The notes under the pieces were generated by a model. It was not told where the DNA came from and ran no database searches. It saw only the letters and a list, made by a program, of their open reading frames with translations. A stretch of 64,000 bases of DNA from Clostridia bacterium (GTDB taxonomy: Bacteria > Bacillota > Clostridia > Oscillospirales > SIG627), in assembly GCA_017414535.1 (NCBI GenBank), contig JAFQMA010000045.1:3054-67053 (forward strand), given 5' to 3'. A program made the translations under genes and the position numbers. Positions within the stretch are counted from its first letter, which is position 1, and every line of letters starts with the position of its first letter. This document shows, piece after piece, positions 43,916 to 52,572 of this stretch.

Positions 43916-45637
43916 ATGAATGAATTTGGACATAAAACAGTCAGGCAGGCCTACGATCTGCGCAGTATGCTGCAGTTTACTGCCGCAAGACTGCCCGAGA
44001 AGGACTATCTGATTTATAAGCGCGACGGCGCCTTGGAGTCCTTGACCTACGGCGGTCTGGAGGAGCGCGTGCGTGCTCTGGTGGAGGCCTTGGCCGAACT
44101 GGGTGTTGCAGGAGAGAGCGTTGCCATTATCGGTGAGACCAGCCCCGAATGGGTCATTAGCTATCTTGCTACCGTTATTGCGGGCGGCACCGTTGTCCCG
44201 CTGGATCGTGAGCTCAGTTGCGAGGCCGTGCATGGCTTTACGGAAAAGGTAGGCTGTCGCTTTGTGGTTTATTCCTCCAAGCTTGATAGCTTTTTTGAAA
44301 ATACGTCGGATTTTCCCTCCGTTTCCTATTTTGTTCGCATCTCTTCCGAAACGGAGGAATTATCCTCCGATCGTCCCGAAAAGGGCATCTGCTCCTTCCT
44401 CTCTCTGTTAAACTACGGCAGAAGCCTTGTGGAGGAGGGAAGAAGCGCCTTTGAAGATACTCCTGTGGATCTGGAGCGCGTTTGTGCCATTCTCTTTACC
44501 TCGGGTACTACGGGCACCTCCAAGGGCGTGATGCTTTGCCAGAAGAATATCATTCACGCGGTGAACGTATCTCACCGTTGCACGGGCTTTACGGAGGACG
44601 ATACCATCGTTTCCGTCCTGCCCATTCACCACACCTATGAGATGACCTGCGGTATTTTAACCCCTCTCCTTTTAGGTGCCACGGTGTGCATCAACGATTC
44701 TTTAAAATATATCGTGCGTAATTTCCAGCTCTTCCGTCCCACGGGTTTGGTACTGGTGCCTCTGTTTGTTACCACGGTCTACAAGAAGATCTGGGAGACC
44801 GCAAGAAAATCCAAGCGGGATAAGCTCCTTCAGGGTGCCATGACCGTTTCTAAGTCCTTGCGTCGCTTTAGGATCGATCCCTCAAGCCTTCTTTTTAAGA
44901 GTGTGCGTGACGTATTCGGCGGCAGACTCCGTCGTATCATTTGCGGCGGTGCCCCCATGCCCGCGGAGCTTGTGGAGGAGTTTGATACCTTCGGCATCAA
45001 GCTTTGTCAGGGCTACGGTATTACGGAGTGTGCCCCTCTCATCAGCGTTTGTCCTGAAAAGGATAACCGCCCCGGCTCCGTCGGTCCCGCCGTTCCCGGT
45101 TGCAGTGTGAAGATCGATCCCGAAACGGAGGAGGACGGTAGGATCATTGGTGAGATCCTTTTCAAGGGCCCCAACGTTATGAAGGGCTACTTCCAAGACG
45201 AGGAGGCCACAAGGCAGGTTATGGACGGCGCGTGGTTCCGTACCGGTGATTACGGTTATTTAGATGAGGACGGCTTTATCTACATTACAGGCAGAAAAAA
45301 GAACGTCATCGTTTTGAATAACGGTAAAAACGTGTTCCCCGAGGAGATCGAGGAATACTTGCAGAAGATCGAACTGGTCAAGGAATGTGTTGTCGTAGGC
45401 AGAAGCCAGGAGGACGGCACCGTTCAGGTAACCGCTTTGATTTATCCCGACTTTGCCCGTGCCCTTGAAATGGGTATCGGTGAAGATATATCCGAGGTAG
45501 GTCGCGTCATCAAAGAGGAGATCGCGTCTCTGAACCGAACTCTCCCTTCGTTTAAGCAGATCCGCGGCATCGAAATGCAACGGACCGAATTCGAAAAGAA
45601 CACCTCGAAAAAAATTATTCGCTACAAGATCAAATAG
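43916..45637 (+). CDS. AMP-dependent acyl-CoA/acyl-ACP synthetase (long-chain fatty-acid ligase family)
   Basis: AMP-binding motifs are present: ILFTSGTTGTSKGVML, GYGITE, TGDYGYLDEDGFIYITGRKKN. Confidence 0.85.
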   Translation: MNEFGHKTVRQAYDLRSMLQFTAARLPEKDYLIYKRDGALESLTYGGLEERVRALVEALAELGVAGESVAIIGETSPEWVISYLATVIAGGTVVPLDRELSCEAVHGFTEKVGCRFVVYSSKLDSFFENTSDFPSVSYFVRISSETEELSSDRPEKGICSFLSLLNYGRSLVEEGRSAFEDTPVDLERVCAILFTSGTTGTSKGVMLCQKNIIHAVNVSHRCTGFTEDDTIVSVLPIHHTYEMTCGILTPLLLGATVCINDSLKYIVRNFQLFRPTGLVLVPLFVTTVYKKIWETARKSKRDKLLQGAMTVSKSLRRFRIDPSSLLFKSVRDVFGGRLRRIICGGAPMPAELVEEFDTFGIKLCQGYGITECAPLISVCPEKDNRPGSVGPAVPGCSVKIDPETEEDGRIIGEILFKGPNVMKGYFQDEEATRQVMDGAWFRTGDYGYLDEDGFIYITGRKKNVIVLNNGKNVFPEEIEEYLQKIELVKECVVVGRSQEDGTVQVTALIYPDFARALEMGIGEDISEVGRVIKEEIASLNRTLPSFKQIRGIEMQRTEFEKNTSKKIIRYKIK

Positions 45638-45648
45638 GAGAAGGAAAA

Positions 45649-45879
45649 ATGTTTGAAGAAGTAAAGAAAATTTTGACGAATGAATTGGAAGTTGAGGAAT
45701 CTCTGGTGGTTCCTGAGGCTGAGTTTGTTAACGACTTGAAGCTTAATTCCTTGGAGATCGCCGATTTTATCGTTCTTTGCGAGGATAAATTCGGTGCCAG
45801 CGTGGAGGATGCCGATATCAACAGCATTCTTACCGTGGGTGACCTTTGCGATTACATTGCAAACCATGTTAAAAAATAA
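45649..45879 (+). CDS. Stand-alone acyl carrier protein
   Basis: 76 aa and acidic, with a four-helix pattern. The phosphopantetheine Ser sits in the context DLKLNSLEIADFI (NSL in place of the usual DSL). AGGAGAAGG RBS. Confidence 0.8.
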   Translation: MFEEVKKILTNELEVEESLVVPEAEFVNDLKLNSLEIADFIVLCEDKFGASVEDADINSILTVGDLCDYIANHVKK

Positions 45880-46372
45880 GCTTCATATTGTACTGCTTGA
45901 GCCGGAAATTCCGCAGAATACCGGCAATATTGCAAGAACCTGCGCCGCTATCGGCGCAGGTTTGCATTTAATCCGCCCCTTGGGCTTTGAAATCAGCGAT
46001 CGCTATTTGAAGCGTGCAGGGCTCGATTACTGGCAGTATCTGGAGCTTACTGTCTACGACGATCTTGCCGATTTCTATGCGAAAAACAGTGGTTCCTTTT
46101 ATTACTTCACCACCAAGGGCAAGCATACCCATACCTCCGTGCGCTTCGAGGGAGAGGTCTATCTCTTCTTCGGCAAGGAGACCCGCGGCCTGCCTGAGGA
46201 GCTTTTGAGGAAAAATGAAGAGCGAGCGCTGCGCCTTCCCATGAAGCGACTTATCCGCAGTCTAAACCTGTCCAATTCCGTGGCCATTGCTGCCTACGAG
46301 GTACTGCGCCAGTGGAATTTCGAGGGCTTTGAGCTTGAGGGCTTTCTTCCTTCCGGGGAGGCAGAGTCATGA
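45866..46372 (+). CDS. trmL: tRNA (cytidine/uridine-2'-O)-methyltransferase TrmL (SpoU/TrmH family)
   Basis: LHIVLLEPEIPQNTGNIARTCAAIGAGLHLIRPLGFEISDRYLKRAGLDYW is the canonical TrmL sequence. The start overlaps the end of the ACP gene. Confidence 0.85.
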   Translation: MLKNKLHIVLLEPEIPQNTGNIARTCAAIGAGLHLIRPLGFEISDRYLKRAGLDYWQYLELTVYDDLADFYAKNSGSFYYFTTKGKHTHTSVRFEGEVYLFFGKETRGLPEELLRKNEERALRLPMKRLIRSLNLSNSVAIAAYEVLRQWNFEGFELEGFLPSGEAES

Positions 46373-46635
46373 AGGAGGATATGATCTTTCTTATGCTGGA
46401 TCTGGCCTTTCCCGCCGTTTTGTACGTGCTTGGCTCTGCCACCGACAGGAATGTGGGGCGCATCTTGAAGAGGGAAGCGGTCTTTTGCATTTGTCTTGCC
46501 CTCCTGTTCGCTCTGCCGATGTTTTTGTACGCTTCTCTGGAGGTGCAGGGCGCGGTCTGTGCCATGCTTCTTTTTTTTACATATCTTTGCCCGTGGCTTG
46601 CCATGCGGAAAGAGAACAAAAAAGATCCTTCCTGA
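46369..46635 (+). CDS. Small membrane protein (hypothetical)
   Basis: 88 aa with three hydrophobic segments. Its ATGA start overlaps trmL. Confidence 0.4.
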   Translation: MKEDMIFLMLDLAFPAVLYVLGSATDRNVGRILKREAVFCICLALLFALPMFLYASLEVQGAVCAMLLFFTYLCPWLAMRKENKKDPS

Positions 46636-46649
46636 GAAGGATCTTTTTT
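46617..46649. terminator. Bidirectional terminator
   Basis: AAAGATCCTTC-CTGA-GAAGGATCTTT flanked by A- and T-runs. Confidence 0.75.
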
Positions 46650-46652
46650 GTG

Positions 46653-47507
46653 TTAAATGGTGCCCTCCACTGTCAGGGTGGCGGTGCCGGGATCGGTGAT
46701 CCAGGTGCCGTTTTCGGGTGACTGATAGAAGGTGGCGGCAGGTACGGTGATCACTCCGGGCACGGTGCTGAACCGGCCACTTGTCTGATCGTAGGTGTAG
46801 CCCGTGCCGATGGCTAAGGGCGTGCCGTTCAGAGTGACGGTCAGATCGGTGAGAATGGGATCGAACAGATCGGATACGCTGACGTTATCCGCAGCAACAG
46901 CTTCTGTGTTGCCGCTGTTCTGGATCACGAAGGTGTAGGTCACACGGCTTCCCTCGGTTACCACTCGCGGGGTAATGGCCTTGGTAATGGTAAGGCTTGC
47001 CCCCGCCTGGGGGGTCACCGTCTCGGTGGCTGTTGCTACGGTGGTAAGCGTGCCTGCGGTAACGGTGGCTGTGTTGGTCACGCTTGCGCCTGCGCCGAGT
47101 GGAGCCAGATTGTTGGCCACCGCCTCATAAAGCAGGATCGCATTGCCTCCTGCGGGAATGGTAATGCCGGAGAAGGTCACGCCCATTCCCTGAGTCACGG
47201 CGGGAGGGGTTTGCAGGACGCCGTTTACGAACAAACGGATGGAGCCCTCCTTATAATCCAAAGGCACCAGAGTTGAGCTTCCGAAGGGATATGCGCCCAG
47301 ATCGTCGGTGACGGTAATGCCGCCGATGGGGGATGTGCCGGAGTTGAGAATACTGATAACGTACGTTACGTCAGAGCCCGTGGTATAGGTCTCCGTCACG
47401 GCCGTTTTCGTTGCGCTTAATACCTCCAGCAGCTCACCGGTGGCGATGTTGGAGCTTGTAGTGGTATTTTGATAAGTCAGCGTTGCCTGATTTGTAAAAA
47501 TAGCCAT
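46653..47507 (-). CDS. DUF11 (conserved repeat domain) protein with two repeats and no signal peptide
   Basis: The two DUF11-type units are ...KTAVTETYTTGSDVTYVISILNSGTSPIGGITVTDDL... and ...ITKAITPRVVTEGSRVTYTFVIQNSGNTEAVAADNVSVSDLF... The N-terminus MAIFTNQATLTYQN is hydrophilic. Confidence 0.8.
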   Translation of the reverse strand: MAIFTNQATLTYQNTTTSSNIATGELLEVLSATKTAVTETYTTGSDVTYVISILNSGTSPIGGITVTDDLGAYPFGSSTLVPLDYKEGSIRLFVNGVLQTPPAVTQGMGVTFSGITIPAGGNAILLYEAVANNLAPLGAGASVTNTATVTAGTLTTVATATETVTPQAGASLTITKAITPRVVTEGSRVTYTFVIQNSGNTEAVAADNVSVSDLFDPILTDLTVTLNGTPLAIGTGYTYDQTSGRFSTVPGVITVPAATFYQSPENGTWITDPGTATLTVEGTI

Positions 47508-47550
47508 AAGCTGAAATCCTTTCTTTCATATTTCGATGTTGCATCACCAC

Positions 47551-47578
47551 AGTATATGTGAGCCTTTCCGAAGGGTGA
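47551..47578 (-). promoter_or_regulatory. sigma-K-like sporulation promoter of the DUF11 gene
   Basis: The minus strand reads TCTCACCCTTCGGAAAGGCTCACATATACTG. This gives CAC, a 16-nt spacer, then CATAtacT, about 45 nt upstream of the ATG. It matches the cotJA upstream motif in sequence and spacing. Confidence 0.4.
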
Positions 47579-47639
47579 GAAAGGGAATTGAAAAGCTGCG
47601 CCGATTCTGTTATAATAAAGAAAAGAAGGGAGGCTTCTT

Positions 47640-48818
47640 ATGAAATATCGTTTGGATAAAACTGGCCGCAGGCTTTCTGCTCTGGGCTTTGGCTGTATGC
47701 GCTTTCCACGCAAAATGGGAAAATGCGATGTGGCAGAGACGGAAAAGCTTGTGATGCGTGCTATAGAGCAAGGCGTCAACTATTTTGATACCGCATATAT
47801 CTACCCCGGCTCTGAGGCCGCCTTGGGCGAGATCCTGGAGAAAAACGGCGTGCGCGACAAGGTCTATATCGCCACGAAGCTTCCGCATTATCTGATCCGC
47901 TCGGCGGAAGCCATGGAAAAGATCTTTCGGGAGGAGTTGGAGCGCCTTCGTACCGATCATATCGACTACTATCTTCTCCATATGCTCACGGATGTTCCCA
48001 CGTGGCACCGCCTGAAGGAAATGGGCATTGAGGATTGGATCCGTGAAAAGAAGGCGGCGGGGCTCATCGGACAGATCGGCTTTTCTTACCACGGGAATTC
48101 TACTATGTTTTGCTCCCTCTTGGATGAGTACGATTGGGATTTTACCATGATCCAGTATAATTATATGGACGAGCATTCTCAGGCGGGCCGTCGCGGACTG
48201 GAAAGAGCCGCAGAAAAGGGCATCCCCGTGATGATCATGGAGCCTCTGCGCGGCGGTAGGCTTGTCAGTCACCTGCCACGTACCGCAACCGAGCTTTTCG
48301 CCTCTCACAGCCGAAGCTTTTCTCCCGCCCAATGGGCTTTCCGTTGGCTGTGGGATCAAAAGGACGTGACCGTGGTGCTTTCCGGTATGAATACCATGGA
48401 AATGCTGGAGGACAATCTGCAAACGGCAGACAGTGCCGAGGTAGGAGATCTGTCTGAGGAGGATCAGGCTCTTCTGAAGCAGGTGGTCGCCGCCATCGGT
48501 GCCAACATGAAGGTGGGCTGCACGGGCTGCGGATACTGTATGCCCTGTCCGAAAAACGTGGATATCCCCGGTACCTTTTCCGCCTATAACCGCCGCTACT
48601 CCGAGGGACGCTTTGCCTCCTTGAAGGATTATTTTATGTGTACCGCTCTGCGCAAGGATCCCACCTCTGCTTCCCAATGCATCGGATGCGGCAAATGCGA
48701 AAAGCATTGCCCACAGGCTATTCCCATCCGTGAAAAGCTGGCAGAGGCCACCCGTGAGCTGGAGATCCTGCCCTACCGCGCAGCTAAGGCGTTGGTTTCC
48801 CGCTTTGCCAAATTCTAA
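47640..48818 (+). CDS. Aldo/keto reductase with a C-terminal 4Fe-4S ferredoxin-type domain
   Basis: LGFGCMRFP...GVNYFDTAYIYPGSE is the AKR N-terminus. The C-terminus has CTGCGYCMPCP and CIGCGKCEKHCP cluster motifs. Confidence 0.85.
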   Translation: MKYRLDKTGRRLSALGFGCMRFPRKMGKCDVAETEKLVMRAIEQGVNYFDTAYIYPGSEAALGEILEKNGVRDKVYIATKLPHYLIRSAEAMEKIFREELERLRTDHIDYYLLHMLTDVPTWHRLKEMGIEDWIREKKAAGLIGQIGFSYHGNSTMFCSLLDEYDWDFTMIQYNYMDEHSQAGRRGLERAAEKGIPVMIMEPLRGGRLVSHLPRTATELFASHSRSFSPAQWAFRWLWDQKDVTVVLSGMNTMEMLEDNLQTADSAEVGDLSEEDQALLKQVVAAIGANMKVGCTGCGYCMPCPKNVDIPGTFSAYNRRYSEGRFASLKDYFMCTALRKDPTSASQCIGCGKCEKHCPQAIPIREKLAEATRELEILPYRAAKALVSRFAKF

Positions 48819-48851
48819 AAAAAGACCGCTTCCCACGGGAAGCGGTCTTTT
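48819..48851. terminator. Bidirectional terminator
   Basis: AAAGACCGCTTCC-(loop)-GGAAGCGGTCTTT between convergent genes. Confidence 0.75.
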
Positions 48852-48854
48852 GCT

Positions 48855-49958
48855 TTATTTTAATACCTCGTCGCAGCGTTGCAGTGCGGCATCGATGACG
48901 GTGTCCATATCGTAGTATTTGTATTCGCCGAGGCGTCCGCCGAAGATCACGTTTTCTTCGCTTTCTGCCAGCTTCTTGTATTCACCGTAGAGAGCCGTGT
49001 TTTTCTCGTCGTTGATGGGGTAGTAAGGCTCGTCTCCAACCTTCCACTCCGAGGAGTATTCGCGACTGATGACGGTCTTTTCCTGTGTTCCGAATTCGAA
49101 CCATTTGTGCTCGATGATCCTGGTCCAGGGGGTCTCACGGTCGGTGTAGTTTACTGCGGCATTGCCCTGGAAGTTGGGGGTGTCCAGCACCTCGTTCTCA
49201 AAGCGAACGGAGCGGTATTGCAGAGCACCCAGCTGATAGTCGAAATACGCGTCGATGGCACCGGTGTACACCACCTTATCAGCCAGCGCATCAAGCTCAG
49301 CCTTGTTTTTCAGATAATCAACGCCCGTGCGGACCTCAATGCCCTCCAGCATATTTTCCACAAGCTTTGTGTAGCCGCCCATGGGAATGCCCTGGTAGAG
49401 TGCGTTGAAATAGTTGTTGTCAAAGGTCAGTCTCACGGGGAGACGCTTGATGATGGAAGCGGGAAGCTCCTTGCAATCTCTGCCCCACTGCTTTTCCGTG
49501 TAGCCCTTGACCAGCTTCTCGTAAATATCGGTTCCCACGAGAGAGATGGCCTGCTCCTCCAGATTTTTCGGCTCGGTAATGCCGGCGGCCTTTCTCTGCT
49601 CCTCGATCTTTTGTTCCGCCTCCTGAGGTGTCACAACACCCCACATCTTGTTAAAGGTGTACATGTTGAAGGGGAGGGAATAAAGCTCGCCTTTGTAATT
49701 GGCAACGGGCGCATTGGTAAAGCGGTTAAACTCAATAAAACGGGTGACGTATTCCCACACTCGCTTGTTGTTGGTATGGAAAATATGCGCGCCGTATACG
49801 TGCACGTTGATGCCCTCGATCTCTTTGGTGTAAACGTTTCCGGCAATGTGATCTCTCTTATCGATCACAAGGACCCTCTTGCCGATCTCTTTTGCTCTTT
49901 GAGCAAAGACGGCGCCGTAGAGACCTGCGCCCACTACCAGATAATCGTACTGCTTCAT
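48855..49958 (-). CDS. glf: UDP-galactopyranose mutase
   Basis: MKQYDYLVVGAGLYGAVFA...VLVIDKRDHIAGNVYT...VHVYGAHIFHT is the canonical Glf sequence. Confidence 0.95.
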   Translation of the reverse strand: MKQYDYLVVGAGLYGAVFAQRAKEIGKRVLVIDKRDHIAGNVYTKEIEGINVHVYGAHIFHTNNKRVWEYVTRFIEFNRFTNAPVANYKGELYSLPFNMYTFNKMWGVVTPQEAEQKIEEQRKAAGITEPKNLEEQAISLVGTDIYEKLVKGYTEKQWGRDCKELPASIIKRLPVRLTFDNNYFNALYQGIPMGGYTKLVENMLEGIEVRTGVDYLKNKAELDALADKVVYTGAIDAYFDYQLGALQYRSVRFENEVLDTPNFQGNAAVNYTDRETPWTRIIEHKWFEFGTQEKTVISREYSSEWKVGDEPYYPINDEKNTALYGEYKKLAESEENVIFGGRLGEYKYYDMDTVIDAALQRCDEVLK

Positions 49959-49967
49959 AAATACTCC

Positions 49968-50729
49968 TTAAACGCCCTTGTACTTCTTCAGGCCCATGAT
50001 GCCCCAACGAATCAGGTTGCAACCACTCTTAAATACGCCGAGCTTCAGATAATCGCGGTAGAAGCGCCACTGCTTTTTGATGAGCTTTTTCTTGTTACCC
50101 GTGGTAGAGTTGGCCAATACGCGGTATCTGGCCAAAAGCTTCTGATTGCCGTACGCCTTATCGTCCAGCTTTACGATATCAAGCCAGTAGGCATAGTCGT
50201 CGCGCATGCTCTTCAGCTCCTCGCGCAGATAGACCTTGCCGTGCTTTTCCAGATTGTAAAGACCGCTCAGACAGCCGATGTAGTTGGTCACCATCATATC
50301 CTTGGTGGTGATCTCGGGCTTGCAGATCACGGGATTTAAGATCTCTTCATCGTTTTCGTTGATACAGCGATAGGAGCAATATACGCAGGTTGCGTTCTTT
50401 TCCGTCATGAAGCGGACCTGCTCCTCCAAAAATTCCGGCTCCCACAGATCGTCCGCATCCAAAAGGGCGATATACTGGCCCTCTGCTCTGCGAATGCCGT
50501 TATTACGGGCGGCGGCGGAGCCTGCGTTCTCCTGCTGATAGAACTGAATGCGGCTGTCCTTCTCCACGTAGGAGCGGACCAGCTCGGCGGAACCGTCCTT
50601 GGAACCGTCGTCAATGATGATCATTTCCCAATCTCCATAGGTCTGTGCCAATACGGAGTCAATGGTGCGTGCAATGTATTTTTCACCGTTGTAGCAGGGA
50701 GTGATGATGGAAACAAGACCTTTTTTCAT
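49968..50729 (-). CDS. Family 2 glycosyltransferase
   Basis: VSIITPCYNGEKYIARTIDSVLAQTY.DWEMIIIDDGSKDGS and a DAD motif (LLDADD). Confidence 0.85.
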   Translation of the reverse strand: MKKGLVSIITPCYNGEKYIARTIDSVLAQTYGDWEMIIIDDGSKDGSAELVRSYVEKDSRIQFYQQENAGSAAARNNGIRRAEGQYIALLDADDLWEPEFLEEQVRFMTEKNATCVYCSYRCINENDEEILNPVICKPEITTKDMMVTNYIGCLSGLYNLEKHGKVYLREELKSMRDDYAYWLDIVKLDDKAYGNQKLLARYRVLANSTTGNKKKLIKKQWRFYRDYLKLGVFKSGCNLIRWGIMGLKKYKGV

Positions 50730-50752
50730 AAAAATCTCCTTGAAATGCGATA

Positions 50753-52174
50753 CTACTTGTCGTCTTTCTTGATTTCTTGATTCTCTTGAATTTGGTTTAG
50801 AAGCTCGCTCTTCTTCTTCTCGTTTTCCTCCGCTGCCTCCATACCCTCGGTGCTCTCCTTGGAGAAGATGATCTTAAAGGTGAGAATGATCAGCTTGATA
50901 TCAAGCAAAAGCGAGTAATTTTCAATGTACATCAGGTCAAAACGAAGCTTGTCGTAGGGAGTGGTATTGTACTTGCCGTAGACCTGTGCGTAGCCGGTCA
51001 GACCGCCCTTGACTTTGGTTCTGAAGGCGAATTCAGGCATTTCCTGACAGAACTGATCCACAAAGACGCGTCGCTCGGGACGGGGACCCACCACGGACAT
51101 ATCGCCCTTGAGAATGTTGATGATCTGGGGCAGCTCATCAAAGCGTGTGGCTCTTACGAAGCGACCTACCTTCGTGATGCGGGGATCGTTTTCGCCGGCA
51201 CTCCATACCGCACCGGTAAGCTTTTCCGCATTGGGGACCATGCTGCGGAATTTTAAGATCTCAAATTCCTTGTCGCCTACGGTCAGTCTTTTCTGCTTGT
51301 AGAAAACGGGGCCTCCGTCCTCCAGCTTAATGGCAATGGCGACTACCAGAAGAATAGGGGAGGCAAGGATGAGTGCAATCAGGCTGAGAACGATGTCCAT
51401 TGCGCGCTTTGCGATCCTCTGAGCCAGCGTCATGCCGCGCATGCTCAGGCACAAAAGGGGCGTGTCAAAAAGGTTTACCGCCTTGCCGCCACGCATCATA
51501 ATATCGGAGATCTTGGGCACAGCGTAGGTGCGGATGCCCTCGCTGTAGCAGAATTTCAAAAGGTTGTTGCGGATCTTGGGGGGCAGATCGTTCAGGATCA
51601 CCGCGTCGTAATTGCGGATCTCGGCACAGACGTTGTCAAAGCCCTCGTCAATACTCATGAGCTTTTTGACGTTGTATTTGTCCTTTCTGGTATCGAGCTT
51701 GAGCTTGATGCCAACGGCATTGTCCGAGCCGAAGATGAGGATCATGTTGTGGGGTGCATAAAACTTTTGATAAAACTTCTTGTAAACGTAGACCAAAACG
51801 CCTGCCATGACAAAATCGATCACTGTCAGCATCAGTATGGGTAGAACGGAGATCATGTGGTTTGCAATGAGACAAAGCTGGAAATAGGTCAAGCAGTTTA
51901 CGATGATCAGTGCCAGTGACTGCCCGATCAGCAGATCGGTAAATCTCTTCTGGTCAAAAAGGAAGCCGTCCAGATTGTTAAAGAGCAGAACGATCAGTAC
52001 GCCGTACACCCCGGCCAATACGTACTTTCCGTTAAAGAAATAATCCGGGAAGAGTCCGTCCTCATAGCCGTAGCGCCAAACAAAATAATAGAGAATGCAA
52101 AGGAGAACGACCTCCAGCGTGCATTCTATTCCTCGTAAAAGACCGCGGGAATCCGCGTGGGTTTTATTTTTCAA
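50753..52174 (-). CDS. Polytopic polyprenyl-phosphate glycosyl-1-phosphate transferase (WcaJ/CpsE/EpsE-type priming enzyme)
   Basis: N-terminal helices plus a C-terminal bacterial sugar transferase domain (KRAMDIVLSL..., KFRSM, DELPQIINILKGDMSVVGPRPE). TTG 52174 after AAGGAAGG is preferred over the track start at 52297. Confidence 0.85.
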   Translation of the reverse strand: MKNKTHADSRGLLRGIECTLEVVLLCILYYFVWRYGYEDGLFPDYFFNGKYVLAGVYGVLIVLLFNNLDGFLFDQKRFTDLLIGQSLALIIVNCLTYFQLCLIANHMISVLPILMLTVIDFVMAGVLVYVYKKFYQKFYAPHNMILIFGSDNAVGIKLKLDTRKDKYNVKKLMSIDEGFDNVCAEIRNYDAVILNDLPPKIRNNLLKFCYSEGIRTYAVPKISDIMMRGGKAVNLFDTPLLCLSMRGMTLAQRIAKRAMDIVLSLIALILASPILLVVAIAIKLEDGGPVFYKQKRLTVGDKEFEILKFRSMVPNAEKLTGAVWSAGENDPRITKVGRFVRATRFDELPQIINILKGDMSVVGPRPERRVFVDQFCQEMPEFAFRTKVKGGLTGYAQVYGKYNTTPYDKLRFDLMYIENYSLLLDIKLIILTFKIIFSKESTEGMEAAEENEKKKSELLNQIQENQEIKKDDK

Positions 52175-52435
52175 AACGCTTTCACCTTCCTTGCGTGCTC
52201 TGTCAAAGCAGAAAAAACGGTCGTGACCCGTTCCTAATGAACCGATCCTTTTGTAAAGCTTACTGACAATATACCACATTTTGGACGCTTCCGTCAACTC
52301 TTTTTGCGAAAACGGGCGCCAAATCGGAAAAAGCTTGTCAAAAAACAGAATAATGAGAGCAATGAATAGACGAAAGAATGAGGTGGAAAATATGACATAA
52401 GTTTTGCCAAACCATGTTTTTTTTAAAAATAACTA

Positions 52436-52464
52436 TTGTTTTAGCAGCCCGCTTATGTTATAAT
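52436..52464 (+). promoter_or_regulatory. sigma-A promoter of the plus-strand polysaccharide operon
   Basis: TTGTTT (52436-52441), a 17-nt spacer, then TGtTATAAT (52459-52464). It leaves a leader of about 100 nt. Confidence 0.45.
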
Positions 52465-52572
52465 GGAAGACAACAATGTAAAGATGGCGAAGTTTGGCCA
52501 TTGCCCTACGGCTCAGCATTCTGTGACAGGCCGACGGACACGGTGCTTCGCCGTAAAGCGTAAGGAGATCCT

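Noticed and set aside
45866-45880. The MLKNK N-terminus shared by TrmL, both giant paralogs and (as VLKNK) the large priming transferase: a possible common leader or duplication
   Set aside because: It is only five residues and the nucleotide sequences differ. It is consistent with chance among Lys/Asn-rich N-termini.
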